This document shows positions 32,642 through 42,282 of a stretch of 42,693 nucleotides of DNA, one piece after another (within the stretch, counting starts at the first letter, position 1; every line of letters starts with the position of its first letter). The stretch lies in assembly GCA_028869725.1 (NCBI GenBank), contig JAGWRJ010000361.1:1-42693 (forward strand), in the 5' to 3' direction. The stretch is from Alphaproteobacteria bacterium. Lineage in GTDB: Bacteria > Pseudomonadota > Alphaproteobacteria > Micropepsales > Micropepsaceae. Under the pieces are notes generated by a model that worked only from the letters and a program-made list of their open reading frames with translations, was not told the origin of the DNA and made no database searches. The position numbers and the translations under genes were made by a program.

Positions 32642-32855
32642 CCTCTCATCGAAAGTACCCGCTTAGGGCTGCTACGCGCCCTCTGCGCCCGGGTGCCGCC
32701 GCCTCTGCGCGCGCCAACCGCCATGGGCGCAACCACTGGATCCCGCCCCCTGCCGAAAGGCAGGCGCCGGGGGCCCCGTCAGCCTGGCGAGCCCAACTGA
32801 TCCCCATCCCTGGCGATTTATTTTCTTAAACATTCACAATACGTTGGCCCTTGGC

Positions 32856-32884
32856 CTTGATCGGGGGCGAGCAAGCTCCGATAT
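32856..32884 (+). promoter_or_regulatory. Possible RpoH/RpoD-type promoter for the Bax inhibitor gene
   Basis: CTTGAT-N16-CCGATAT resembles the alphaproteobacterial sigma32 consensus CTTG..-N-CCTATAT. Confidence 0.35.
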
Positions 32885-32937
32885 TAGCTGCGTCATCCGG
32901 GCCTACCATCAATGGTCCGGCACAGGAGGTTTGCCAG

Positions 32938-33690
32938 ATGGCGAATGACTACAATCGCGTGCTGCGCGGACGCGCAGAGAGCGCAGCCGGTCTCTATGAT
33001 GCCGGCCTCCGCAGTTACATGCTGCGGGTCTACAATTACATGATCGTTGGCCTTGGGTTGACCGGCGTCACCGCATGGATCGTCGCCAACGTGGCCCCGG
33101 TGCGGGCGCTGTTCTATCAGGTGCAGCAGACTGCCACTGGCTATGCCTACGGGTTGTCGACCCTGGGCTGGGTCGCGCTGATTGCGCCCATTGGTTTGGT
33201 GCTGCTGCTGTCCTTCCGGATCAACCGGATGAGCCTCGGAGCGGCGCAGCTCGCCTTCTGGGGCTATGCCTCACTGGTTGGTATCGCGCTCGCCCCGATT
33301 CTGCTGCTTTACACCGGTGCCAGCGTTGCGGAGGTGTTTTTCATTACCGCAGCCACCTTCGGCGCCATGAGCCTTTATGGCTACACGACCGGACGCGATC
33401 TGACCGGGTTTGGCTCGTTCCTGTTCATGGGACTGATCGGCATCGTCATCGCGATGGTGGTGAACATGTTCCTGCATTCGGCAGCCATGCAGTTCGTCAT
33501 CTCGGTGATCGGTGTCCTGATCTTTACCGGTCTGACCGCCTATGACACGCAGGCGATCAAGGAGAGCTACTCCGCGAATCTCGACGGCTCGCTGCAGGGC
33601 CGCGCCGCGATCATGGGGGCTCTTCGCCTCTACCTCGACTTCATCAACCTGTTCATCATGCTGATGCAGTTGATGGGCCAGCGGCGCTGA
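32938..33690 (+). CDS. Bax inhibitor-1/YccA family membrane protein
   Basis: DAGLRSYMLRVYNYM, YGYTT.RDL, TAYDTQ, LYLDFINLF. AGGAGG RBS. Confidence 0.92.
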   Translation: MANDYNRVLRGRAESAAGLYDAGLRSYMLRVYNYMIVGLGLTGVTAWIVANVAPVRALFYQVQQTATGYAYGLSTLGWVALIAPIGLVLLLSFRINRMSLGAAQLAFWGYASLVGIALAPILLLYTGASVAEVFFITAATFGAMSLYGYTTGRDLTGFGSFLFMGLIGIVIAMVVNMFLHSAAMQFVISVIGVLIFTGLTAYDTQAIKESYSANLDGSLQGRAAIMGALRLYLDFINLFIMLMQLMGQRR

Positions 33691-33714
33691 TCTACCAGTC
33701 ACAAGCACACCATG

Positions 33715-33750
33715 AAGCCCCGGCAGGGTTCTGCCGGGGCTTTTTCTTTC
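33715..33750 (+). terminator. Rho-independent terminator
   Basis: 12-bp stem AAGCCCCGGCAG / CTGCCGGGGCTT, GGTT loop, T-tract. Confidence 0.88.
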
Positions 33751-33835
33751 CCGTGGCCAAATTTTCGCGAAAGCATGGATCAGGCCGCTGCTCGGCCAAA
33801 CAAGGCCGCACCCTAAGTACTGGTGGCGCTGATCG

Positions 33836-34231
33836 CTACTCGACCAGAGCCTTGATCAGCTTGCGCTCAAGGACGCGCAGGACCTGAGCCAGCTCATGGC
33901 CGCGCTTGAGAACCTGTCCGCCGGCTGCAACAACCGCATACATGCCCTGTCTTGCGCGCAGTCTGGGATGCTTTTCGATGCGGTAGAGCGGCATTTCGCT
34001 ACTCCGCCGAAAAACGGAGAAGACTGCCCGATCTTCCAGGAAATCCAGTGCATAATCGCGCCACTCGCCCGCCGCGACCATGCGTCCGTAGAGCGACAGA
34101 ATACGGTTCAGTTCGGGCCGATCAAACCGCACTTCACAGCCCCCTCGCCCGCTAGCACCTCCGCTCCGGCTCTCGTTCCGTGAGGCAGAGCGGCCAGCCT
34201 CACGGAGCAGCGCTATGGGTTCTTCCGTCAT
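33836..34231 (-). CDS. DUF2794 family protein
   Basis: FDR.EL..IL.LYGRMVAAGEWRDYA, PLYRIEK.P, LKRGHEL. Confidence 0.85.
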   Translation of the reverse strand: MTEEPIALLREAGRSASRNESRSGGASGRGGCEVRFDRPELNRILSLYGRMVAAGEWRDYALDFLEDRAVFSVFRRSSEMPLYRIEKHPRLRARQGMYAVVAAGGQVLKRGHELAQVLRVLERKLIKALVE

Positions 34232-34300
34232 TGGCTGAACTGTGAACCTTCGCTGACATCGCTGCAAGTCCATCAGGCCAAGACGCAGGCATCCCGCAGC

Positions 34301-35773
34301 TTAAGGCGCGGATCTGCCCCCGGGTTCTGGCCCGGTACGAGCGGGCAAGAGATAGCCCGTGACCGATTGCGCGGGCTTGAGTTCCGCGGCAGCGGCTCGT
34401 TCAACCTCGCGTGCTGGCACCGCCTGGATCCGGGCGGACCAGTTGCGTACATCTTGTACGGTCAGACCTATTGCCAAAGCCTGGCCATAGGCATTGGCCT
34501 GCGCAAACTGGCTTGCCCTGCGCGCGGCCGCCTCGGCAACGATTGCGGACTTGGCCCGTGCTAGAGTGCGCGGACTGACAGGTGCGCGCCTTAGGCGTGC
34601 AATCTCCGCATCGACCGCCCGCTCCAGACGGGACAGCGATACACCCGGGCGGGGCACCGCATAGATGCTGAAACTTCCTGCGTCCCGGTGCATGCCATCA
34701 TAGGAAGCTGCCGCATCTTCGGCCAACCGCCACCGCGTGACGAGATCACGATAAAGTGCACCGCCATCGTCACCCCCCAGGATCTGGGCCAGTATGGCGA
34801 GAGCCTCTGCCTGGCCGGGACGGGCATCTGGATAGGACACCACCCGGTATTCGCGGGCGAATACCGGGTGCCGCGCATAGCGGCTGCGGATCAAAAGACG
34901 GGTTGGCCCAAGACGGGGGGGCTCTGCATACTCGGCGCGCGGCCGTAGTTCTCGGGCGGCCAGTTTGCCAAAGCTGGCTTCCGCATCGGTACGCACCGTA
35001 TCGGCGGTTACGTCTCCGGCAACAACCAGAATCGCATTGTTGGGGGCGTAATGATGCGCATAGAACGCGGCAAGCGTGGGCCGATCGATATGCCGGATTT
35101 CAGCTGACCAGCCGATCACAGGTATGCCATATGGATGCGACAGGTAAAGAGCCGCATCCATCTGCTCCTCGAGCAGCGCCTGGGCATCGTGATCGACATC
35201 ATTTCGGCGGACCTGCAGCACCAGCCTTCGTTCGCGCCGTATGCTGGCGTCGCGCAGTTCAAGGTCCGACATGCGGTCGGCTTCAAGTCCCATGACGAGC
35301 TTGAGCCGGCCGGGAGGAACCTGCTCATAAAATGCCGTGTAATCGTGAGTAGCGAAACCGCCCGCGATGCCGCCATTGCGGGCAATGGTACGGGCAAAAC
35401 CATTGCCCCGCAGCGCCTTGGTCCCGCGGAACATCATCTTTTCCAGGAAGTACGCGAGGCCGGAATATCCTGGGGGGTCGTCGACGCCCCCCACGCGATA
35501 CCACAGCATTTCAGTGACAAGGGGGGTGTTGTGATCTGGGACCACCACCACTTGAAGCCCGTTCTGCAGGACAAACTGATAGATCGCAGAGAGCGCTGAG
35601 GTCGTGCTCTCCTTTAGCGTGCCCAGCTTGCCATCAGCACGGGCCGCAGCGCGCTGGGGTTCGGACAGCGCCGGCATGCTGCGGCTGGGCTTGGCCGTGG
35701 ACTGCGCATGCGCCAAGCCGCAAACGACGCCAAAACAGATCAGCGCGTGCGCAACCCTTTTAGAAAAGGCCAT
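34301..35773 (-). CDS. M16 (pitrilysin/insulinase) family protein, predicted catalytically inactive, with signal peptide
   Basis: L.NGL.VVV.PD, WYRVG..D, HPYG.PVIGW, Y.PNNA.LVVAGD. Active-site motif reads YFLEK instead of HxxEH. Confidence 0.85.
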   Translation of the reverse strand: MAFSKRVAHALICFGVVCGLAHAQSTAKPSRSMPALSEPQRAAARADGKLGTLKESTTSALSAIYQFVLQNGLQVVVVPDHNTPLVTEMLWYRVGGVDDPPGYSGLAYFLEKMMFRGTKALRGNGFARTIARNGGIAGGFATHDYTAFYEQVPPGRLKLVMGLEADRMSDLELRDASIRRERRLVLQVRRNDVDHDAQALLEEQMDAALYLSHPYGIPVIGWSAEIRHIDRPTLAAFYAHHYAPNNAILVVAGDVTADTVRTDAEASFGKLAARELRPRAEYAEPPRLGPTRLLIRSRYARHPVFAREYRVVSYPDARPGQAEALAILAQILGGDDGGALYRDLVTRWRLAEDAAASYDGMHRDAGSFSIYAVPRPGVSLSRLERAVDAEIARLRRAPVSPRTLARAKSAIVAEAAARRASQFAQANAYGQALAIGLTVQDVRNWSARIQAVPAREVERAAAAELKPAQSVTGYLLPARTGPEPGGRSAP

Positions 35774-36341
35774 CGAACAAATTGCCGAACCAGCCCTCGT
35801 CCCGATTTTGCGGCTTGGTACGGTAAATGGTGTCCTGGGGCAGCGGCGCGGCACCACCCGTTATCTTGTGAAGACGCGCAGCTTCAGCCGAGGCGTTGAC
35901 TGGCTTGTCGGCGTTGTTCTGCGGCCCGTAAATGCCGAACAGAATCTGGTTGGTGAAGCTCTGGTCGGCCATCTGCATGTTGCGGTTATCTGCAGCAATC
36001 TGCTGGCGAATGGAGTTGTTCGCTGAGGCCGCGCCAGCCTGAGCAAGCAAATCCTGCTCGACCGCACTGAAATGTCCAGGCGCCTGGGTGCTGGACGGCA
36101 CGCCTGCCACTGCCGCCTCGGCCGCCTCGGCTGGATTGAGCGTATTGGTTGGCGGCGCACCTGGTGCGGGCGGCCGCAGATTGAAGTCGGGTGGGATCAC
36201 GAGCGGCGCCTTGGTGGAGATTGCGAACGCATCCGGCTCGATCCGCTCCATGCCAGCGGCTTCCCGCAGGCTCTGACAGCCGGCAAGGCTGAGGGCCAGC
36301 ATCGCCAGTACCGCTCCAACTGCAAAATGACGCGTTGGCAT
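35760..36341 (-). CDS. DUF3035-like lipoprotein
   Basis: Lipobox LAGC, PD.F....APLVIPPDFNLRPP.PG. Located downstream of lspA. Confidence 0.8.
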   Translation of the reverse strand: MPTRHFAVGAVLAMLALSLAGCQSLREAAGMERIEPDAFAISTKAPLVIPPDFNLRPPAPGAPPTNTLNPAEAAEAAVAGVPSSTQAPGHFSAVEQDLLAQAGAASANNSIRQQIAADNRNMQMADQSFTNQILFGIYGPQNNADKPVNASAEAARLHKITGGAAPLPQDTIYRTKPQNRDEGWFGNLFDGLF

Positions 36342-36342
36342 T

Positions 36343-36900
36343 CTACCTTCCTTCATGCTTGGCGCCGGGTTCGTTCCGGCGGTGCTGATCTTCCACCTCC
36401 GCTGCGGGCGCGCGCAGCAGAGATTCATAGAGGATCACAAAGACGCCGATCACAATCGCCGCGTCGGCCACATTGAACACATACCAGTCATAGCCGAAGG
36501 CGTAAAAATGAAAAAAGTCCGCGACCCGGCCATAGACCAGCCGATCTATCAGATTATTGCCGATCGCCCCGCCGATGATAAGACCGAGCCCGGCGGCCAG
36601 CAGTCGCCGGGTGGCCGTCCAGAGCCAGAGCGTCAGGCCAATGATGGCGAGAAGGGCCAGCCCCACGAGAGCGTCCCGGCCCAATACCGAGTGAGCCGGA
36701 AACAGTCCGTAGGAAACCCCCGGATTCCACACCATCACGAGATCGAAGAACGGCAGAACCGGCACCCGCGCACCGGGGGGCATGCTTATGAACCCGGCTC
36801 CATAGAGCAGGATCAGCTTGCTCGCCTGGTCAAGAACAAGGGCGACCGCCGCGCAAATAAACCCAACCTCGCGCGCGGTGAGCGGACGCTTGGCCCTCAT
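36343..36900 (-). CDS. lspA: Lipoprotein signal peptidase II
   Basis: DQASK, N.GVSYG, GGAIGN, VADF and FNVAD catalytic aspartates. ATGA overlap with the ileS stop. Confidence 0.93.
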   Translation of the reverse strand: MRAKRPLTAREVGFICAAVALVLDQASKLILLYGAGFISMPPGARVPVLPFFDLVMVWNPGVSYGLFPAHSVLGRDALVGLALLAIIGLTLWLWTATRRLLAAGLGLIIGGAIGNNLIDRLVYGRVADFFHFYAFGYDWYVFNVADAAIVIGVFVILYESLLRAPAAEVEDQHRRNEPGAKHEGR

Positions 36901-39779
36901 GCAGGCGGCTCCAGGCTTGTCACGACCTGCGCGCAGCGCCCGCACAGCTCTGGCGCCTCTGCAACTCTGCCCACCTCCGGAAGGATCATCCAGCAGCGGG
37001 CGCATTTCTTACCTTCGGCCAGGACAAACTCCACCGCCACGCCAGGTACCTCGGCAAGCCGGAACGCCCGCGTGGACGCTGGCGCCCTTGTCACCTGCGC
37101 CTGTGACGTGATGGCAATTTCCGCAAGATCGGCAGTCTCGAACAGAGCCAGATCCGCGTCCGTCTCGACATGAAGAACGGGTGCAGCTTCAAGGCTTGCT
37201 CCGATCACCTTGTCGCGACGGGCCAGCTCCAGCGCGCCGGTTACGACCCTGCGTAGCTGCCGTATGCGATGCCATTTGGCCAGTAGTTCCGGGTTGTTCC
37301 AGTCCTGCGGCACCGCCACGAAATCCTGCAGGTGAACGCTCTGCTCGGCGCCAGGAAAGCGAGCGGCCCAAGCTTCTTCCATCGTGAAGACGAGAATTGG
37401 TGCGAGCCAGGTCACAACACGCCGAAAAATCTCGTCAGTCACGGTACGCACAGCGCGCCGGCGCACAGCGCTTCGGTCATCGCAATAGAGAGCATCCTTG
37501 CGTACATCAAAGTAAAATGCCGACAGATCGTTGGTGCAGAAGTTGAAGAGAGCCGAAAATGCACGGTTGAAGTCGAATGCGCCGTAGGCGACGCGTACCT
37601 CGATATCGATTTCGGCCAGACGTGCCAGCATGTACTGTTCAAGTTCCGGCATGACCTCACGCTCGAGCCGCTCATTTGCATCAAACCCATCAAGGTTGGC
37701 GAGCATGAAGCGGATCGTGTTGCGCAGCCGGCGATAGGCCTCGACGTTGGCCTTGATGATGTCCTGTCCGATGCGCAGATCCTGTGTGAAATCGGATGAA
37801 GCGGCCCACAGACGCAGAATATCTGCGCCATTCTTGTCTGCGATTACCTGCGGCGCCAGGGTGTTGCCCAGCGACTTGGACATTTTGTGCCCCTTTTCGT
37901 CGAGCACGAAGCCGTGGGTAAGCACGGCCTTGTAAGGCGCCTGCCCGCGCGTCGCGCAGGACTCCAGCAACGAAGACTGGAACCAGCCGCGATGCTGATC
38001 TGACCCCTCGAGATACAGGTCCGCCTGGGCAGCACGCGGCCAAGACGGATCGATCGGCTGTTCCACGGCAAAGACATGTGTGGAACCGGAATCGAACCAG
38101 ACGTCCAGAATGTCGCGCACCTGTTCGAATTCCTCGGCCGCATAGGTGGGGCCGAGAAAGTCGGATGGTGGACGGGTGAACCAGGCATCGGCGCCTTCCT
38201 TGCGGAAAGTATCGAGAATACGGGCATTGACCTGCGCATCATCGAGGATCTGACCGTCTGCCTTGCGCACGAAAATCGCCAGCGGCACACCCCAGGCGCG
38301 TTGCCGCGACAAGACCCAGTCCGGGCGCCCTTCAACCATCGCGCCAATGCGATTTTGTCCTTGCGGCGGATACCAAGTGGTCTGCGCAATCGCCGACAGG
38401 GCCAGTTCCCTTAGTGTACGGTGGCCAAATTGCGGGAGCCGCTTGTCGAGGCTGGCAAACCACTGCGGCGTTGCACGGAAAATTACCGGCGCCTTGGACC
38501 GCCAGCTGTGCGGGTAGGAATGGCGCAGAGTACCCTTGGCAAGAAGCCCCCTGGCCTCGATCAGTTCCCGGATCACCGCGCCATTGGCATCACCGTCCTT
38601 GCCATCCGCCGTCAGGATGCGCTTTCCGGCAAACAGCGGTACCTGTGGGCTGAACGAGCCGTCCTCGGCGACGACATGGAATGGATCGGGCGCGTGTGCA
38701 AATGCGGCTTTGTTGGCGACATAGACGTCGTAGTCCTCTTCGCCATGTCCCGGCGCCGTATGCACAAATCCTGTGCCCGCTTCAGCCGTCACATGTTCTC
38801 CAGGCAGGAGCGGGACATCGAAATCATAGCCGCCCGCACGCAGAGGATGGGTGCAGATCAGTCCGTGCGGATCCACATCACCCAGCCGCTGCAGTACCAG
38901 CTTGGCATGCTGCGCCGTCTGGACAGCCAGCGCATCGGCGAGGATCAGCCGTTCACCCAGGCTGGCAAAGCCTCCCTCCTCGATCTGGCTGACTTCGTAG
39001 AGACCGTAGGTAATCGTCGGTGAGAAGGCGATCGCGCGGTTGGCCGGAATGGTCCACGGCGTGGTGGTCCAGATCACGACGCTGGCACCGCCATGAGCGG
39101 CCTCGCGCAGCGGAAATTTTACGTAGATCGTGGGGCTCGTCTTTTCATGATATTCGATCTCGGCTTCGGCCAGCGCCGTCCTTTCGACCGGTGACCACAT
39201 CACCGGGCGAAAGCCCCGGTAAAGAAGACCATGCTCGACAAATTTCTGCAGTTCGCCTGCGATGAGGGCTTCGGCGCGAAAATCCATCGTTGTGTAGGGC
39301 CGGTCCCAGGCGCCGATGCAGCCAAGCCGCTTGATCTGCTCCCGCTGCACCCCAAGCCAGTGCTCGGCAAATGCGCGGCAGTCCCGACGCAGTTGCTCGG
39401 TCGGTACGCTGTCCTTGGCAATGCCTTTGGCACGGTACTGTTCTTCCACCTTCCATTCGATCGGCAGACCATGACAGTCCCAGCCCGGAACGTAGGGCGC
39501 ATCCTTGCCCAGCATGCCTTGCGAGCGGACTACAAAATCCTTGAGGATGTGATTGAGGCCAGTACCGGAATGAATGTCACCATTGGCATAGATCGGTCCG
39601 TCATGGAGCACGAATACCGTGCGGCCCTGGGCCCGGCGCCGCATCTGCCCGTAAAGATCCATCTTAGCCCAACGATCCAGCCATTGGGGTTCAGCGGCAG
39701 GAAGCCCGGCCTTCATCGGGAAATCCGTCTTGGGCAGGAAAAGGGTAGAACGGTAATCGCGCGTGGGCGTCTCAGACAT
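36897..39779 (-). CDS. ileS: Isoleucine-tRNA ligase (type 1)
   Basis: GWDCHGLPIE, WTTTPWT, SRQRAWG, EGSDQHRGWF, KMSKS, C-terminal zinc finger CARCW...CGRC. Confidence 0.96.
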   Translation of the reverse strand: MSETPTRDYRSTLFLPKTDFPMKAGLPAAEPQWLDRWAKMDLYGQMRRRAQGRTVFVLHDGPIYANGDIHSGTGLNHILKDFVVRSQGMLGKDAPYVPGWDCHGLPIEWKVEEQYRAKGIAKDSVPTEQLRRDCRAFAEHWLGVQREQIKRLGCIGAWDRPYTTMDFRAEALIAGELQKFVEHGLLYRGFRPVMWSPVERTALAEAEIEYHEKTSPTIYVKFPLREAAHGGASVVIWTTTPWTIPANRAIAFSPTITYGLYEVSQIEEGGFASLGERLILADALAVQTAQHAKLVLQRLGDVDPHGLICTHPLRAGGYDFDVPLLPGEHVTAEAGTGFVHTAPGHGEEDYDVYVANKAAFAHAPDPFHVVAEDGSFSPQVPLFAGKRILTADGKDGDANGAVIRELIEARGLLAKGTLRHSYPHSWRSKAPVIFRATPQWFASLDKRLPQFGHRTLRELALSAIAQTTWYPPQGQNRIGAMVEGRPDWVLSRQRAWGVPLAIFVRKADGQILDDAQVNARILDTFRKEGADAWFTRPPSDFLGPTYAAEEFEQVRDILDVWFDSGSTHVFAVEQPIDPSWPRAAQADLYLEGSDQHRGWFQSSLLESCATRGQAPYKAVLTHGFVLDEKGHKMSKSLGNTLAPQVIADKNGADILRLWAASSDFTQDLRIGQDIIKANVEAYRRLRNTIRFMLANLDGFDANERLEREVMPELEQYMLARLAEIDIEVRVAYGAFDFNRAFSALFNFCTNDLSAFYFDVRKDALYCDDRSAVRRRAVRTVTDEIFRRVVTWLAPILVFTMEEAWAARFPGAEQSVHLQDFVAVPQDWNNPELLAKWHRIRQLRRVVTGALELARRDKVIGASLEAAPVLHVETDADLALFETADLAEIAITSQAQVTRAPASTRAFRLAEVPGVAVEFVLAEGKKCARCWMILPEVGRVAEAPELCGRCAQVVTSLEPPA

Positions 39780-39960
39780 GTGCACTTCGTCTCAGGTCGT
39801 CAGTTAGGGCCAGCAGGCTGGCATCCGGCCGGCAGGCCGTAGCGTCGATCCGATGCCTGGCGCAGTGCCAGGCAACGCATTCGAGGCCCGCTCGCCAAAG
39901 GCAACAAATCCCTAGCCGGATCAGGAAATTGGGCTCGCCCCGCTTCTAGCAGCGCCGGCC

Positions 39961-40935
39961 TCAGCGGTCCAGCGGCGGCGGCATCAGAGGGGTCCGGCTG
40001 AGGACGGCCCGCGCCGCCGCGATATCGCGCGCGATCTGGGCTTTGAGCGCCTCGAGCGAATCAAACCGGTCTTCAGGCCGCAGATAGGCGATCAGCTCCA
40101 CCGCCATATGACGGCCATAGAGGTCGCCTTCGAAATCCAGCAGATACGTCTCAAGCAGGGGTCTGGGCAGCTCGTACATGGGCCGGATGCCGAAATTTGC
40201 CACCCCGTCATAGCGGCCCAGGGTGCCATCACCATCAAGATCGCGGGCCCGCACCGCATAGACCCCATAGGCGGGGGCGAGAGAGCCCTCCCAGCGCATG
40301 TTGATGGTGGGATAGCCGATCACCCGGCCGCGCTTGTCTCCATGCTCGACATGGCTTTCGATCGTCCACCAATGTCCCAGCAGCCGGGCAGCTTCCTCCG
40401 GCTGACCGGCTTTCAGCGCCTCGCGAATGAGGGTCGACGAGATCTTGGCGCCGCGGGGGTTAGCGGCAACCGGCTCATAAAGCTGAACAGTGAAGCCGCA
40501 GGCCCGACCCATCATCATCAGCGTGCCACCATCGCCGACTCTACCCTTTCCGAACCTAAAATCGCGCCCCACCACGACGCCCCCTATCCCAAGTCCCTCC
40601 ACCAGCACCGACTGCACAAACTCTTCGGCGGTCATCTGTGCCATCGCGGCATCGAACGACAGCGCAAAGAGGACGTCGGCGCCGAGCTCAGCGATGAGCC
40701 GGGCCTTGATGCGAAACGGCGTCAGGCGAAAGGCGGCATTATGCGGCCGAAAGAATTCCTGCGGATGGGGCTCGAAGGCGACAACGCCAAAAGGCGCTCC
40801 GCGCTGACGGGCCATCTGCTGTGCCTGCGCGATCAGCGCCTGGTGGCCAAGATGTACGCCATCAAAATTGCCCAGCGCCACAACGGCTCCGCGCAGGTCT
40901 TCTGGAACATCCTGATAGTGGCGAAGGATACGCAT
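39961..40935 (-). CDS. ribF: Bifunctional riboflavin kinase/FAD synthetase
   Basis: GNFDGVHLGH, DFRFG, ISST.IR, GYPT.N, G.RP. Confidence 0.95.
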   Translation of the reverse strand: MRILRHYQDVPEDLRGAVVALGNFDGVHLGHQALIAQAQQMARQRGAPFGVVAFEPHPQEFFRPHNAAFRLTPFRIKARLIAELGADVLFALSFDAAMAQMTAEEFVQSVLVEGLGIGGVVVGRDFRFGKGRVGDGGTLMMMGRACGFTVQLYEPVAANPRGAKISSTLIREALKAGQPEEAARLLGHWWTIESHVEHGDKRGRVIGYPTINMRWEGSLAPAYGVYAVRARDLDGDGTLGRYDGVANFGIRPMYELPRPLLETYLLDFEGDLYGRHMAVELIAYLRPEDRFDSLEALKAQIARDIAAARAVLSRTPLMPPPLDR

Positions 40936-40943
40936 ACCGGCCC

Positions 40944-41366
40944 TCAGCTCCGGGGCCGCGGCGGAGGCATGACCACTGCCTCACCTTCGAGCACGACTGT
41001 GTCAACGACCCTGCAGTCACAATCGAAAACAACGCGCCGTTTCTCTGCCAAGACGTCGCGCACACGGACTTCGGCTACCACCTTGTCGCCCACGCGCACC
41101 GGTGCCTTGAAGCGGCAGGAGAACCCTAGAAAAATCGTGCCAGGGCCCGGCATCTTCATGCCCAGAATGGTCGAGATGTAGCTTGCACTCAGCATGCCGT
41201 GCGCAATGCGGGTCCGGAAGGGTGTCGTCGCGGCAAACGCAGCATCGAAATGCACCGGGTTTGTATCGCCGGAGACTTCGCCAAACATCACAATGTCGCG
41301 TTCGGTCACGGTACGCGTGTATTGCTCGCTCATTCCGGGCTGTAGCTGATCGACATAATAGGTCAT
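40944..41366 (-). CDS. MaoC/PhaJ-like (R)-specific enoyl-CoA hydratase
   Basis: SGDTNPVH, IAHGML, PGPGTI, F.APV..GD. Confidence 0.88.
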   Translation of the reverse strand: MTYYVDQLQPGMSEQYTRTVTERDIVMFGEVSGDTNPVHFDAAFAATTPFRTRIAHGMLSASYISTILGMKMPGPGTIFLGFSCRFKAPVRVGDKVVAEVRVRDVLAEKRRVVFDCDCRVVDTVVLEGEAVVMPPPRPRS

Positions 41367-41396
41367 GGGCTGCTCTCTTCTGCTCGCCTCGGCTCT

Positions 41397-42251
41397 CTAC
41401 CACATAAGCGCGCTCATCGCGCCGACGGCGTGTGCGCCCGCCTGGGTAAACAGGCGCGCCAGACTGTCTGTGCTTAGCACGCCGAGGTCTTCGCCATGGA
41501 CCCCATCCGCGATGAAGACGACGTCAATGCCAACCCCATTGGCGCCAACGACATCGGTCTTGAGGCCATCGCCGATGGCCAGAGGGTGCGCGACAGAGTG
41601 ACCGGCGAGCCGGGACGCCATAGCAAGCGTTACATCGTAAATCGGTCGATGCGGCTTGCCGTAGTAAGTGACCTGTCCGCCCAGCTCCTCGTAGAGAGCT
41701 GCCAGCGCGCCCGCGCAATAGACGAGGCGGGCACCGCGCTGCACCTTGAGATCCGGATTGGCGCAAAGAAATACCACGCCCGCCTCCGCCAGCGGGCGCA
41801 GCAGCGCGCGATAATCCTCGGGCGTCTCGCATTCATCATCAAAAAGACCGGTGCAAAGAATGAGGTCGGCCCGATCAGGAGCGCAGAGCTGAACGGCAAG
41901 TCCGTCGAACACCCCCCGATCGCGTTCGGGGCCCAGATGAAACATCCGTACGGGGCCTGCAGCCAGGCGCCGTTCCAGATCCTGACGCGCGGCCATGCCG
42001 GAAGTCATGATTGCATCATAGCAATCGGCCGGAACACCAACCCGAGAAAACTGCTCCAGGAGATCGCAGGCTGGCCGCGGCGCGTTGGAGAGCAGGATGA
42101 CCGGCCCCTGGGCACGAAAGCGCCGCAGCGCCGCCACGGCAGGTGGACGCGCCGCTTCACCGTTGTGCAGCACGCCCCACACGTCGCACAGCAGGGCATC
42201 ATAGCGCCCGGCTATCTCGCCAAGACCACCCAGGATCGGAATATCAGCCAT
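41397..42251 (-). CDS. HAD-IIA hydrolase (TIGR01459-type)
   Basis: CDVWGVLHNG, LSNAPRP, CANPD, GKPH..IY, IGDGLKTD. Confidence 0.88.
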   Translation of the reverse strand: MADIPILGGLGEIAGRYDALLCDVWGVLHNGEAARPPAVAALRRFRAQGPVILLSNAPRPACDLLEQFSRVGVPADCYDAIMTSGMAARQDLERRLAAGPVRMFHLGPERDRGVFDGLAVQLCAPDRADLILCTGLFDDECETPEDYRALLRPLAEAGVVFLCANPDLKVQRGARLVYCAGALAALYEELGGQVTYYGKPHRPIYDVTLAMASRLAGHSVAHPLAIGDGLKTDVVGANGVGIDVVFIADGVHGEDLGVLSTDSLARLFTQAGAHAVGAMSALMW

Positions 42252-42282
42252 GCCATGCGCTTGGCATGGAGGGCCCGTCGCG

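Noticed and set aside
39786-39960. ileS leader as an attenuator or T-box (26-codon ORF and 8-bp hairpin at 39854-39874)
   Set aside because: The short ORF has no Ile codons, and there is no T-box sequence or terminator U-tract.
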